A DNA stretch of 62,206 bases, the filler included, from Sphacelaria rigidula (lineage: Eukaryota), in assembly GCA_964200075.2 (NCBI GenBank). It is 9 parts of 9 records of this genome, joined end to end, with 100 filler letters (N's around TTAATTAATTAA, not from the genome) between each part and the next. Parts side by side here need not be neighbours in the genome. Positions count along the whole stretch, not along the records: positions 20,771 to 27,593 come from CAXNAA020017907.1; positions 27,694 to 34,516 come from CAXNAA020017908.1; positions 34,617 to 41,439 come from CAXNAA020017909.1; 6 more parts are not named here. One strand, written 5' to 3'. Both the position numbers and the translations under genes were made by a program. The number at the start of each line of letters is the position of its first letter. The first letter of the stretch is position 1. Of this stretch, positions 24,538-35,993 are shown piece after piece. Under the pieces are notes generated by a model, which searched no databases, was not told the origin of the DNA, and saw nothing but the letters and a program-made list of their open reading frames with translations.

Positions 24538-24548
24538 GGCTCATAACC
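24538..24548 (-). promoter_or_regulatory. Primer-binding site GGTTATGAGCC (internal half-tRNAiMet type)
   Basis: Directly abuts the LTR end ...CAACA. Resembles the GGTTATGGGCC PBS of Drosophila copia and Ty5 (hemivirus-type priming). Confidence 0.8.
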
Positions 24549-24867
24549 TGTTGAAAGTATGGCTATGCCTTGTGTATAACACACAACTTCCGACTGTCAA
24601 TTCGATAGGAACACGGTTCACCACGTGAACCCAGCTCTGACAAGAGATCTCGCAGAGGCCGCACAGTGCTGTTAAACACTTGCTTGTGCAAGTGAAGAAG
24701 ATAAGATATTTCAAGGTTGGCGCTTTATCCGGCCGAACAAACACAATAAAACACTTGGTTCCTTATTAACGCAGAAACCAATAATAAGCTGATGAGCTTG
24801 GTTGAGTGGAGAAAAATGGAGAGTGACCATGAGGTGTGGCATCTCAGAAAACTGTGCTATCCCAACA
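24549..24867 (-). repeat. Copia 5' LTR, 319 bp
   Basis: TGTTG...CAACA inverted termini immediately upstream of the PBS. Confidence 0.85.
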
Positions 24868-25154
24868 AACCCTTTCGTACCATAAACTGTACGATCTGAA
24901 CTCTATGACCATGCACTCTACATCCATGAACGCTTGATACTATAGACTCCTCGACTCAAGCTCTTCACTTATTCTGACATAAATTGCTCGACCTATCCAT
25001 TCATCAATCCTGCGTAACCCTACAGTCAAAATTGGTTCGTACTGCATGTTTTACATTCTACGTATGTTGCTGTTCATGCTGAACCGTAACTTAATCTACC
25101 ACTAAGTTGTATGCATCTACGAAATAGATTTCTTGCCAACATACGAGACCACAG

Positions 25155-25339
25155 TATTTTTCGAGATTTCAGTACCTACCGCACCCGCTCATTCGAGTAT
25201 TTTCAAATGTCATACCTATGATACCTACGATACCTACGATATACCTACGATACCTACGATACCTACGATACCACGATATTTCGAGATTTCAGTACCTACC
25301 GTACCCGCTCATTCGGGTATTTTCAGAACTCATACCTAT
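25155..25339. repeat. 9-bp minisatellite (ATACCTACG)n between two ~63-bp direct repeats
   Basis: tttcgagatttcagtacctaccg.acccgctcattcg.gtattttca occurs twice, with ~6 atacctacg units between. Confidence 0.85.
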
Positions 25340-25340
25340 C

Positions 25341-27128
25341 GTGTTGTGGGGTTTGCATGGTTCGATCTGTGAAGGGCGGGTGGCATATATCTTCGGGTGA
25401 TGGTCTATACTATACAAGGTTGCTGGGATCCCGAAGGTGCCCTGGAGACAGTTAAGACACAACTGTCGTTCAGATGTTTGATGTAGTGTGATGGTAAATG
25501 ACCGAGTGCGTGAATTAAACTAGTTCTTGAGATTTATCGATGGTCCCCAGAAACGACCGGCGGGTACGAAAAGATTCTAGTCGAAAGTGTGCTTGTACAA
25601 GGTAGAAAATGGATCGTTTTATGGTTGATACAGCTGCTTGAAATTGGATACAGAGTTGTTTCTGACCAGCCGCAGGCGCTCGCCACTACTGACGCTTTGA
25701 TTGGCCACATCATGGCGCGTCAGGCTGATTTTGTAGTACGACAGGGTTGTATGCGTAGCTAGGGATTTTTGAGGGTAAGGCCGAGCAGCGCCCACCATCG
25801 CCCACGGGTTCACTTGCATCCTTGGACCATCTAGCCATCTTTTTGGGTTACGTAGCATTAATACAAGAAGGATCAACAGCTATATTCTCTGCGCTCCTGG
25901 CTACTGACACTCACTGGTCTGCAAGCCGTGACAAGCTAACATGAGTGAGTCACGTGTAACATAACCCCTGGCTCCTATTTGTCTATCAATTGCACGCACG
26001 AGTTTGGGATCTGGTCTGCAGCTCAATACAGCTGGCTTGTACGTTGGGAGACAACCCTCAGTTTGATCATTCAAGTTCGACACAGGATCAGCTTGCCATA
26101 TCCCACTATTGGGGTGCGGCTGGCTTTGTTAAGTGTATACTTCGACAGTAGTGCAAACTCCAGAGGTAAATTTACACCCTGGAGAATTGTTTTCCCCAAT
26201 CTCCCCAGAGCCACCCTCAGTAAAATTATGTGCTCAAGGGAATCATGTGCCCTCCAGGGGACTCGTTTTATGACCGGAACTGGGGATGACATACCCTCTG
26301 GAGGGTATTTTTCATCCTCTGAAGGGTTCGTTTACTCTCGACAGGATGAAAATCGCGATAGAGGGTTTTCAAACACGAGCCGAATGGCTGCTTGTGCGGC
26401 GAAATTGCTGGGTATTCGATTGTTCCGGCATGGTTACTGAGAACGTTCCTTGTGATTGGAGAAAGGCAAATTGTTCACACTCTGGACAATGGACACAACT
26501 ACTTCAGCAATAGACACGGGGGAAAACCTATCGTCGATATACATTATTGTCGAAGATGATAGATGGTGATACAAATCTATTGTTATGCATTGCAAGGGAA
26601 AATAGATGTTGCAATAGTCGATCGGTAGCCTATAGCAATTGCAATAATAGATGAAGTTCACTCGCCATCGATGGAGATCGTGTACCGCAGTAGATTATGG
26701 GATGTAAATATCGATAGCCATTGCCGCACAAGCGGCCATTCGGCTCGTGTTTGAAAATCCTCTATCGCGATTTCCATCCTCTCGAGGGTGAACGAACCCT
26801 CCGGAGAATAAAAATACTCTCTATAAGGGTATATCATCCCCAGTTCCGGTCATAAAACGAGTCCTCTGGAGGGCACATGATTCCCTCTTCAGCACATGCT
26901 TTTACTGCAGGGTGCCTCTGGGGAAATTTAGGAAAGCAATACTCTCCAGGGTGTAAATTTACCTCTGGAGATTGAACTGCATCAAACGTCTGGACGACAT
27001 TTGTATCCTATTAATATCTGCCTCCAGAGCACCTTTGGGACCCCGGCAATCTTGTATAGTATAGACCATCACCCGAAGATGTATATCACCCGCCGTTCAC
27101 AGATCGAACCATGCAAACCCCACAACAC
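25341..27128. mobile_element. Long-TIR (~145 bp) non-autonomous element
   Basis: gtgttgtggggtttgcatggttcgatctgtgaa.ggcgggtg...cttcgggtgatggtctatactatacaag at 25341 is the reverse complement of ~26977-27128. No TSD resolved. Confidence 0.8.
26158..26970. mobile_element. Nested foldback element with ~245-bp TIRs
   Basis: ctccagaggtaaatttacaccctggaga...ttttcaaacacgagccgaatggc.gcttgtgcggc is mirrored at ~26724-26970. Confidence 0.85.
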
Positions 27129-27470
27129 CCACAACACTTATTCCCAGCTATCACCACAACCCTGCAGCAAAGAGCACGAGTTGGGTACAGGGATATAGAT
27201 GCACACTGCCGTAGTGGGGTATGATGTATATCTTGTTGTTGGAAACTTGAGCATCTTTTTTCATGGTCGCGGTATCGCGCGGCGACGGAACCACGCGGGG
27301 TATAGGGTGGGGAATAACCGGCTAATCACACACATTTATAGTCCTGCGCTGTCTGTGCTGTACTTATCCCGCTTCCCTTTCACGCCCTACTTACTGTGCT
27401 GCAGTTGTGCGCATATGCTGCATGAACGCGTGTGTGAACTGCACTTCCTGGCGGTATATATAACACCCCC

Positions 27471-27593
27471 CATATAACAGTGTTTTCGTGAGATTGAGAG
27501 CAGTAGATGATGCGATCGAGAGTGGCTTTGATCCTTCGCATTAAGTGAGTCATTTTTTTATTCCACGCGTGCATTTCGTTTCCTCCATCCCTT
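27471..27593. mobile_element. Half copy of a MITE family (TIR ataacagtgttttcgtgagattgagag). Another half at 34617-34720, full copy at 38945-39253
   Basis: Direct sequence match among the three copies. Two lie at contig ends. Confidence 0.75.
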
Positions 27594-28442
27594 NNNNNNN
27601 NNNNNNNNNNNNNNNNNNNNNNNNNNNNNNNNNNNNNTTAATTAATTAANNNNNNNNNNNNNNNNNNNNNNNNNNNNNNNNNNNNNNNNNNNNTCGTGGT
27701 TTTGCGATAAGTATCGTCGGGCGGGGGGAGGGGGGGGGGGGGTACATAGAGTCTCGCAGTTTATTTTTGGGCACTCTCGGACGAGATCGACTTGCGTTTT
27801 ACTCTCATATTTTTCATTCGCGGCGTGGCGAGACTAGCTACGCCTGCCAGCCCTGAATATGTTTGTGCCCTTCGACATTTGCGGGGCACCCCTGGCAGCA
27901 ATATCGAAGATCCCCAGCGCCGTTTACACACTAGACCAAACTTTGCTTCGTCATCCCGGCGCACGCGACATGTAGTCAGGGGTTCATGGTCTATTGACAT
28001 CGACCGTGCTGTCGAAAAGCTGCAGCACACAACAGTATTACGCACGGCTGTAGTAAAAATGATGCGTACAACGTGAGATATGTGGGCAATGGGCATCATA
28101 CGGTAACCTTCGCCGCTCGTGAAGTGAGGTCAAGCTCAAACAATGTATGTTCGCCCATTTTCGGGTAACGCCTGGGGGGGGGGGGGGGGGCGGGGGGGGG
28201 GGGGGGGGGGGGGTGGGGGGCAAGTATTGTATCGCGGTGGTGTGATTATCAATATCTCTCACCGGCGTCCCAGCGTCATCTATTTCAGGCTCGTGAAAGT
28301 GCTGGTGACTGCCGGTCAGCGCCTTGGGGGGCGTCTTCATGGTCGGCCACACCTGCGGAGAAGCAGCCCAGATTTTTCGAGCGACTACCGCGCCAAGGAA
28401 ATTGGAACAGTCTGCGCAACATGCGGCATCGAACACGAGAGC

Positions 28443-29177
28443 ACGGAACACCAGTAATGAGGATATAGTGTTGTGTTGGGCACGGCTGCATGGTACAGAA
28501 GAAGGTAATAGGGGACCCTAGGTTGGTGACGACAGCATGGCCGACGAAATAATCGTGGGACAGGGGAGAGTACAGCACACACTAGAACAGTGCGGAACAC
28601 ACTGGCACGGGGCACTACACAATAATAGACCTGTCGCGACCGGGCCTGACAGGTGAAAATATTATTGAATACCCGACGGCACAGTACCGCAGGAGTGTTG
28701 CTCGGCACAGTACGCAGTACACCACAGTACAGAATAGTACCGGGTGCTGCAGTAAACTGCAGCACGGTGAAGTCCACTCCAGTACAGCACGCTACACTAC
28801 AGCACGGCGTAAGAGTACGGAACACCAGTAATGAGGATATCGTATTGTATTGTGCACGGCTCCATGGTACAGGAGAAGGTAATAGAGGGCCCTACGTTGG
28901 TGACGACAGCACCGTCGAGGAAATAATCGTGGGGCAGGGGAGAGAACAGTACACACCAGTACAGTGCAGAACACACTGGCGCGGGGCTCTACACAACAAA
29001 ACACCTATCGCGACCGGGCCTGACAGGGGAAAATATTATTGAATACTCGACAGCACGGTACCGCACAAGTGTTGCTCAGCTCAGTACACAGTACACCACA
29101 GTACATGAAAGTACCGGGTGGTGCAGTAAACTGCAGTACTACAGTAAAGTCCACGCCAGTACAGCACACTATACTAC
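28443..29177. repeat. Diverged tandem duplication, 374-bp period
   Basis: acggaacaccagtaatgaggatat begins at 28443 and 28817. Colinear through gcgaccgggcctgacagg and gcagtaaactgcag. Confidence 0.9.
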
Positions 29178-30058
29178 AGTACAGAGCAGCACAGCACAGC
29201 ACACGGCATCAAATGGCAGTAACGATGTCTTCTGTCTGGCGTGTTTTTATTATATCTCACGCCACAACGCACAGTGCGCGACGGTACACACTAAACGACG
29301 ACGTGCAGTAGAGTACCGCAGTGTACCGTGCACACCAGCGGCGCGCTGTACAGCAGGAGACAGCTGTGAACCGTGCACGACAGTTTCCACCACAGCCAAG
29401 TACCGGAGAAGACAACACCCGACGGCAGATGGCGGTAGCAGTGTATCTTGCGTTGTCTCCCCAATGCACGCCATACTGGACTGCGGGCGACAGTATACAG
29501 TCCGGTGCGGGATGCACTGGAGACCACGGTACTTTTGTACAGTCACAGATGACAGCGGGGGGGTAAGGCATATTATTCACTTCCGTACTGAAATTTATGT
29601 CGAGGTATCAGATTTGAAAGCGGCGCAATTAGCTCTACACGGCATCCATGCACCAAATCGCGTCGTTTACTGTGCTGACAAAAGCAAATGACCTGATTCC
29701 TTTTCACATGGATTGCCGACATGATGCACTACGCGAGATGTATCCTTTTAGCTGGTTGCACTTAGCGTGGCCGCCACCTACCCGTGTTGCATTGTGCACA
29801 CACTGCACTAGTGAGAAGCAACACTATTCAGACCACCCCACGCGGGAAATCATCACCTTTCCAGCCAGCAATCCACTCCAACGATCCCGCCTTGAGCCAA
29901 GCTTGCCACCGGCGCCACGCGCTGGGCCGGTACTCCTATGTGTCGGGCCCGCCGTTCGTGTGAACTGTGTCTACCTTGCGGGTGATATTAGCTGAATGCT
30001 TGTCAAATGATTCTCCTATGCGGGGATGCCGGTATGTGACTTTTTTATTTTATTATTT

Positions 30059-33000
30059 TGGCGCAGGACTGGGTTTCGACTGTAACGATTCAACATGAGC
30101 CATGTACCCAATCGCGCAGCGCTCTCCATCTTTCGCACCCCCGCTCTCGCCACATGGGCGTCGTAACGTGGCACAGATGGCGTCCTTGTGTTGATGATGT
30201 CTCTGTCTGCGCGCTTCAACAAGCCGTTTCTCTCGGGGTGCGCGGCGTCACGAGGTTCAAGGACTACAGCGAACCCGAAAACAAACTGGACAATCAAAAA
30301 CGACCAAATCCTATTTTGTAGCGAAAGTAGCCGTGTTGCTTGCGGGTGTCTTTCCATCGAAGCGTGGTCATGCACGCAATGCTCAACGTAAGGTGATGAG
30401 TTCTGAAGATGTGTACAGAAAGGTCAATACATGGCAAACATGCAGATATACGCAGCATGCTCGCTGGGGCTTCGTGTCCCGAGGTTGAGGCACCAGAGCA
30501 CACTCCAAACCAAAACGGTCCGCAAAAAAATGGTCGAATCATTCGTTTTGACGAGAAATGCGCGTGTCGCTGGCGGATGGTGTCTCTCGCAACGTGATAT
30601 TATGCGTGCTACTTGAAACACGGTCGTGTTCCCAAGGTATGTACAGAAAGGCTAGTGCGCGGTGAACACATGGGTGCATGCAACAGGCTCGGCGGGACTT
30701 CATGTTGCGAGAATGCCGCACTACCGCTGAATTTACCGATCGAGATATTGGCCTGAAGCGAGGCGCCGTGCCCCTATTCTTACACCAAGTGATGCAGGAG
30801 AGGGATGTGAATCGGGGCGCCTGCAACTTTGATGTGATGCCCCCAACTGGTTATGCCGTTCATTCTGAGAGACACGGTTTTTTGCGCTGTGCATACTGTC
30901 CATGTGACTCGCCGTTGGCGCTGTAATCGATGGATAATGACGCGAGGTATGACCGGCCGCGGCTAGAGTGCCGTGGAGCGAAGGCACCCCAAACGCCGTT
31001 TCGGCCCATGAAGATCCAGTGGAAAATCAGTGGAAACACTTCATCACTCCGCACAAGCTTGAGAGATGAGATCGACGGTAGTGCGGCAATCTCGTGACAC
31101 AAAGCCCCAGCGAGCATGCTGCATATATTCATGTGTTTGCCATGTCCTGGCCTTTCTGTGCATATCTTCATAACTAACCACCGTACATCGAGAACTGCGT
31201 GCATGACCATGCTTTGACAGGGAAAAACCGCCAATAACATGCCTTATTTTCTTAACATTCATATATATATATATAAATATACAAGGTTCCCTTCGTGAGG
31301 TTGGTACTGACCTCCCGGGGGTGACGCAAGTCGAAAATATACCAGTGTTGTTCCTTTTTCATATTATGGAGCCAATTGTGTGGGAAAATAAGAAACCTCC
31401 CAGTAGATACTCGTTCTGTCACATTCCGAAGTTTCGATTGTCTCAGACCAAGAGTGGCGGGAAGAGCGGTGGACACTTCCAGCATGAAGAGGAAAAAGCA
31501 CCATCACGCACGAGACCCGTCACAGCACACATCGCAAGTGATTACTACTGAAATAAGGTCGCGTCCCGGTAGGACACGGCGAACTTGTGCAGGGTTCTTT
31601 AAATGCCGGCCCGACCCCGCGCGCACGGATTTCAAATAACACTTGCATACAGTATATATGTATGGTATTGCTTGCTGTCTGTGTGTACGTGGTGTACTAC
31701 CCCTCGCTCTGCCACATCTAGTACAGCGGTCGGTGTTGCAGCTAAGTGTGCATTTGCCCTAGGTGGCGCACGCAAGAGTAATAGGCCGCTTCTGCGCTAT
31801 AATTCCTGCCTGTATCTTGAGCGGATGGTAACACAGCCGCTATGGCGTGCAAGCCGGCTGTATCAATTCATACCGCGTGAAAAATTCTACACAGTCTTGA
31901 AGTCATACTGCGCGTAGTTCCCACTTCTGCACAAGTATTGTAGCAGAAGGCAATAGCTTTTATGCTGTGCACGCATTTTTTTAATTGTATACTGACTGAA
32001 GAAAGCTCTTGCCTAGGGTGTAATACATCTCCATACATATCAGGCGGTGAGATTGTGAAGTAATCAAATAATCCACGGCACATGACCGAAGTGGAAGTGA
32101 GGCAATCACCGAAATATTCGCGTGCAAAACCTGTGCGGCCGTACTCTAAGTTGTTAACGCTAGAAGAACACCAGTGCAACGGCCACTCCGGCTGCCGGCC
32201 TGTGCACGGCCGTCCCGGTAATGTCGCCCCCAGTGCCAGGGTACGCCGGCAAGGGTCCGTGGCACTGACCACTGGTCGCGCGACAGCACCTTAATCTTCG
32301 ACTGTCGAGATTTTTGAAGCGGAAATGTTCAACTCCCAACCTTCACATATATAGCGGTCCATAAACGATGCTTATTTGTTGGGTTTCTACGAGCGTTCGT
32401 CCATAACTGGGCGAAGATTGATGATGAGGCCGGCAGGATCCGTCGCAGCCTGCGTGATCAACTGTCACTGTACCCACTCTGTCTAGCCGTCATCCGACAG
32501 CAGGGTGTCGAAAAAATAAAATGTCATGCACCGTGGGTATCCACCTTATCAATGCACACCAGGCCATCAGCGACTTCCCCTGCTGCAGCTGTGACTGTGA
32601 CCCCTTCCTCTAATGCTAATCTACACATTCTTCAGTGTTCTTCACAATGCTTTTTTTGTGGATTGTTTCGTTCGCATAATTGGGGCACACATTGCGCAGA
32701 TATGACCGTGTTAGAGGCTTCACGTCAAAACTAAATGATCAGGGATGTCAGATCATTCGACTCGTGTTTGCTGCTGACTAAGTCAAGGCAATGTCCAGCT
32801 GTTCTCAACTGCTTTGCTCTCATGTTCTCGTGACATTCGCTGCATAACCACTGTCTCCGTGGTGCCAAATCATCGAGAACGCAAAGAAAATCACGGTGAA
32901 AAGATACCCGGCCATGAGCGGGTTTTTGTGGTTCTTGTTTAAAGTTTTCCATCATCTTGGACAGGCTTTTGTGCTTCGGGATCGACACCCCGCGAAAAAG

Positions 33001-33461
33001 AGCCAGTGTGGGCGACTTTCGATGGCCAGAACACGCGCCACAGGTATTAGATGACATCCAAACCAGAACGGTAAATGTACCGCTGCGCCCTCTTCGTGCA
33101 CTGCAAAAGAAAGCGCGGGATAAAATGCCCTGCCGCCAGAGAAAACTCGGCAATAGTGGTGAAAATTGTGTAATGATACATGTACATATATATATATATA
33201 TATATATGCTTTGGCCGTTTTGACTGTCCGATTTGTGTTCGGGCTCGCTGCAGTGCTTGAACCTCATGACACCGCGCATCCCGAACAAAACGGTTTGTTG
33301 CGACGTGCCGACAAGAGAGATCATCGACACAGCGACGTCATCTGTGCCAGTTACGATGTCCGCGCGGCGAGAGCGAGTGTCCGAAAAGTGGAGAGTGTTG
33401 TGCGATCGGGTACATGGTGCCTCATGTTGGACCTTTGCAGTCGAAATCGAGCTGCAGCCAG
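30059..33461. mobile_element. Foldback element with ~430-bp diverged TIRs. The right arm is split by a 1.9-kb insertion
   Basis: 30059-30310 matches the reverse complement of 33208-33461, and 30310-30490 matches the reverse complement of 31080-31260. Confidence 0.75.
31282..33182. mobile_element. Unclassified (TA)n-flanked element, copy A (1.9 kb)
   Basis: Left end caaggttcc...acctcccgggggtgacgcaagtcgaaaatata and the right ~430 bp ending aatgatacatg are shared with 52873-53873. (TA)n on both sides. Confidence 0.8.
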
Positions 33462-33530
33462 ATAGAGGGTCAGAACCCGGAACCCTTATTTGAAAGCAGT
33501 CCATAGATTGACATTAAGCCTGGGGTGCGC

Positions 33531-33606
33531 CTACGTACCCGGGGTTTGACTACGTACCCGGGGTTTGACTACGTACCCGGGGTTTGACTACGTACCCGGG
33601 GTTTAA
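33531..33606. repeat. 19-bp minisatellite x4 (ctacgtacccggggtttga)
   Basis: Four near-perfect adjacent units with no spacers. Confidence 0.95.
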
Positions 33607-35933
33607 CGCCGTTTTTTTTTTTCAGACGGATCATTATTCGTCCAACCCTTTCGAGATTGGGAGCAAAGATCTGCCTTTGGCGTTACAACGGGAGTGTACG
33701 AGAGGAGTTGGCGTGCGTCTTCATCACGTTCGCGCAGCCCGTCTCGGGGCAGTCGAAGGCTTGTATGCAGGGCATGCCTTCGTGCGTGATTCATGGGGCA
33801 GCGCTACGAAAAGACTGCACTCGTAGTGCTCTTCATGTACAACAGTCAAGCTCGTTATGTGGTCGGAAGGAGCGGTTGTGGCTGATGGCGATGACGGACG
33901 TCCTTTGCAGCCGATGGAGAAGTGCAGTGTCCGCAACATGCTTTTTATCGTCAACGCACTGAAGACGCCGCACGACCCAAGCGTGGCAGTACTACGAGTA
34001 TACAGAAACAACCACATTCATTGCCCACAGCTTGACGTACCCTGCAGCAGCAACCAAAGGTACAAATATGCAAGGGGGTTTCGGGTAGGGTATTTTCTAC
34101 ATTCAGGTACTCTTGAAAACCGTACTCTTGAGTACCCGAAGCTTGGGAAGGGCGTTTCGATCGTACCTAACTCTACCCAATATTTACCCAGAAGTCGGAG
34201 ATTGGATCAATCGCAACACTACGTTCGTGGAAGTAAAGGCCCGGGTATGTAACCTACCCAGACACACACCCTTGCGAATATACAGACGGCGCGCCGTACC
34301 TTCGCCTCTGTCCACCTCAACAAGAGGGAGATACACCTGTACTCTGTTCCACGGGTAGGACGAATGATTATGATTAAGAATCACCAAATCCACGACTTCT
34401 TCGGCCTGATCGCCCGAAAGGGAGAAAAAGGTTGACCGCTGGTCCAAGGCGTATCCCACGCAACTTTTGCACCATTCCACGTGTCTGGGCTGCGTGTACC
34501 TGGGTTGCAACGCTGANNNNNNNNNNNNNNNNNNNNNNNNNNNNNNNNNNNNNNNNNNNNTTAATTAATTAANNNNNNNNNNNNNNNNNNNNNNNNNNNN
34601 NNNNNNNNNNNNNNNNGAAGAAAAGCACACGTGGAATAAAAAAATGTCTCACTTAAGGCGAATGATCAAAGCCACTCTCAATCGTATCATCCACTCTCAA
34701 TCTCACGAAAACACTGTTTAGAGTTATCACTGAGTCGACGAATGACAAAGGAAAATGTGACCGCAGTTTGCCGGTAAAAACACGAAACAAGTGACGGGGG
34801 GTTCTCTCCAAGCATAGCACGCGTTGTCAGAGCTCGAATCGGCGCCGATTTGAAGCAATCATGAGGACTGAGCACACTCCTCGGCGAGGCCTCAGGACTG
34901 TGTCCCGTAACTAAAGGACTCAAAAGTACTGCAATACTGTACTGTAAACTCTTGGGAACCTCTGTCGATACGATATCTACCACCACACAACTGTGCTGTC
35001 GTGAGGTCTGAACCAGCGTTTGACATGATAACTGTATATCGCTTTTGCGACTCCGCAACATTTTGATGGGGTATCTGAAAGAGCGTAGATCCCGTGGACG
35101 TGTCCTTCGTGGCATGCCGCAACGCAAAGTTTGTGAGCGCACCAATGTCGGGCGCAGGCGAAAATAATGTGTGCGGCATGTTGGTTCCCACCGATGGCGA
35201 GAAAATATTTGGGCTCATTTTTCTTGCTGGAGCCGAGAAATTGGCAAACGGTTCAATAACCCTGGCGAATTGTAGTCTGGTGATGTATATACCTATAGTA
35301 TCGCCTCCGGCGGCCTTCCCACGGTACGCCTCTAGTGGGTAACCAAAATAGTGCGAACGATGCGGCCCATGTGAAACTCCGGTCCGAACGCCCAACATCT
35401 AGTGGGTCAGTATTCTGGGTTTGTGTTGGCGTTTCAGAGTTAGCGGCATCTCATTAAAAGTATCAACCATAGTTCGTAAAGAGCCCTCGAGTATGCAGTA
35501 CGTACCAAGTTTGAAGTTGCATGTTTGTGAGAGGACAAGAATAGCACATGTATGTGTTGCTTGTATCTTGTACCCGCTCAAGCTATCCGCGAGTTCGTCG
35601 TTTTATACTGTAACCGCACAAGCGCGCTGGGAGGGGAGGGGCCCGCGATTGCTGCATCGACCAAGAGCCGTGACTCAAGGGATAGCAGCTTCGAAGACGT
35701 GCATCAGTGGGATCGGTAATGTGACCTTGGCCTCAGTGGGGTGAAACAGGGTAGTATACCCGGTCTATGGACGGTGCGAAATATATCAGACGGATGAACA
35801 ATTGGGCACTATTCGCACACACCCAGCTTTGCTGCTCAATACTCAACAGTGTGAGTCCGGCAGGCTTGGTTTTTTGTAATGCGTGGGAAGACCGTGTGCT
35901 TACAGGACCGCATCGGAATTGAAACACCCCCAT

Positions 35934-35993
35934 GGTGAGGGTTACGGTTAGGGTTAGAGTGAGGGGTAGTAGTCTTGGGGTTAGGGTGAAGGG
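35934..35993. repeat. Degenerate interstitial TTAGGG-like repeats
   Basis: ggtgagggttacggttagggttagagtgagggg...ggttagggtgaaggg. Confidence 0.55.

Larger units (their letters stand above)
20920..24867 (-). mobile_element. Ty1/copia LTR retrotransposon, degenerate, truncated within integrase
   Basis: 5' LTR and PBS present. gag has CFSCGKPGHLMRDC, protease has MIVDSGVSNHF, GAG-pre-integrase has VWHKRLGHPS, integrase start is TDISGPVT. Copia domain order PR-IN. Confidence 0.93.
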
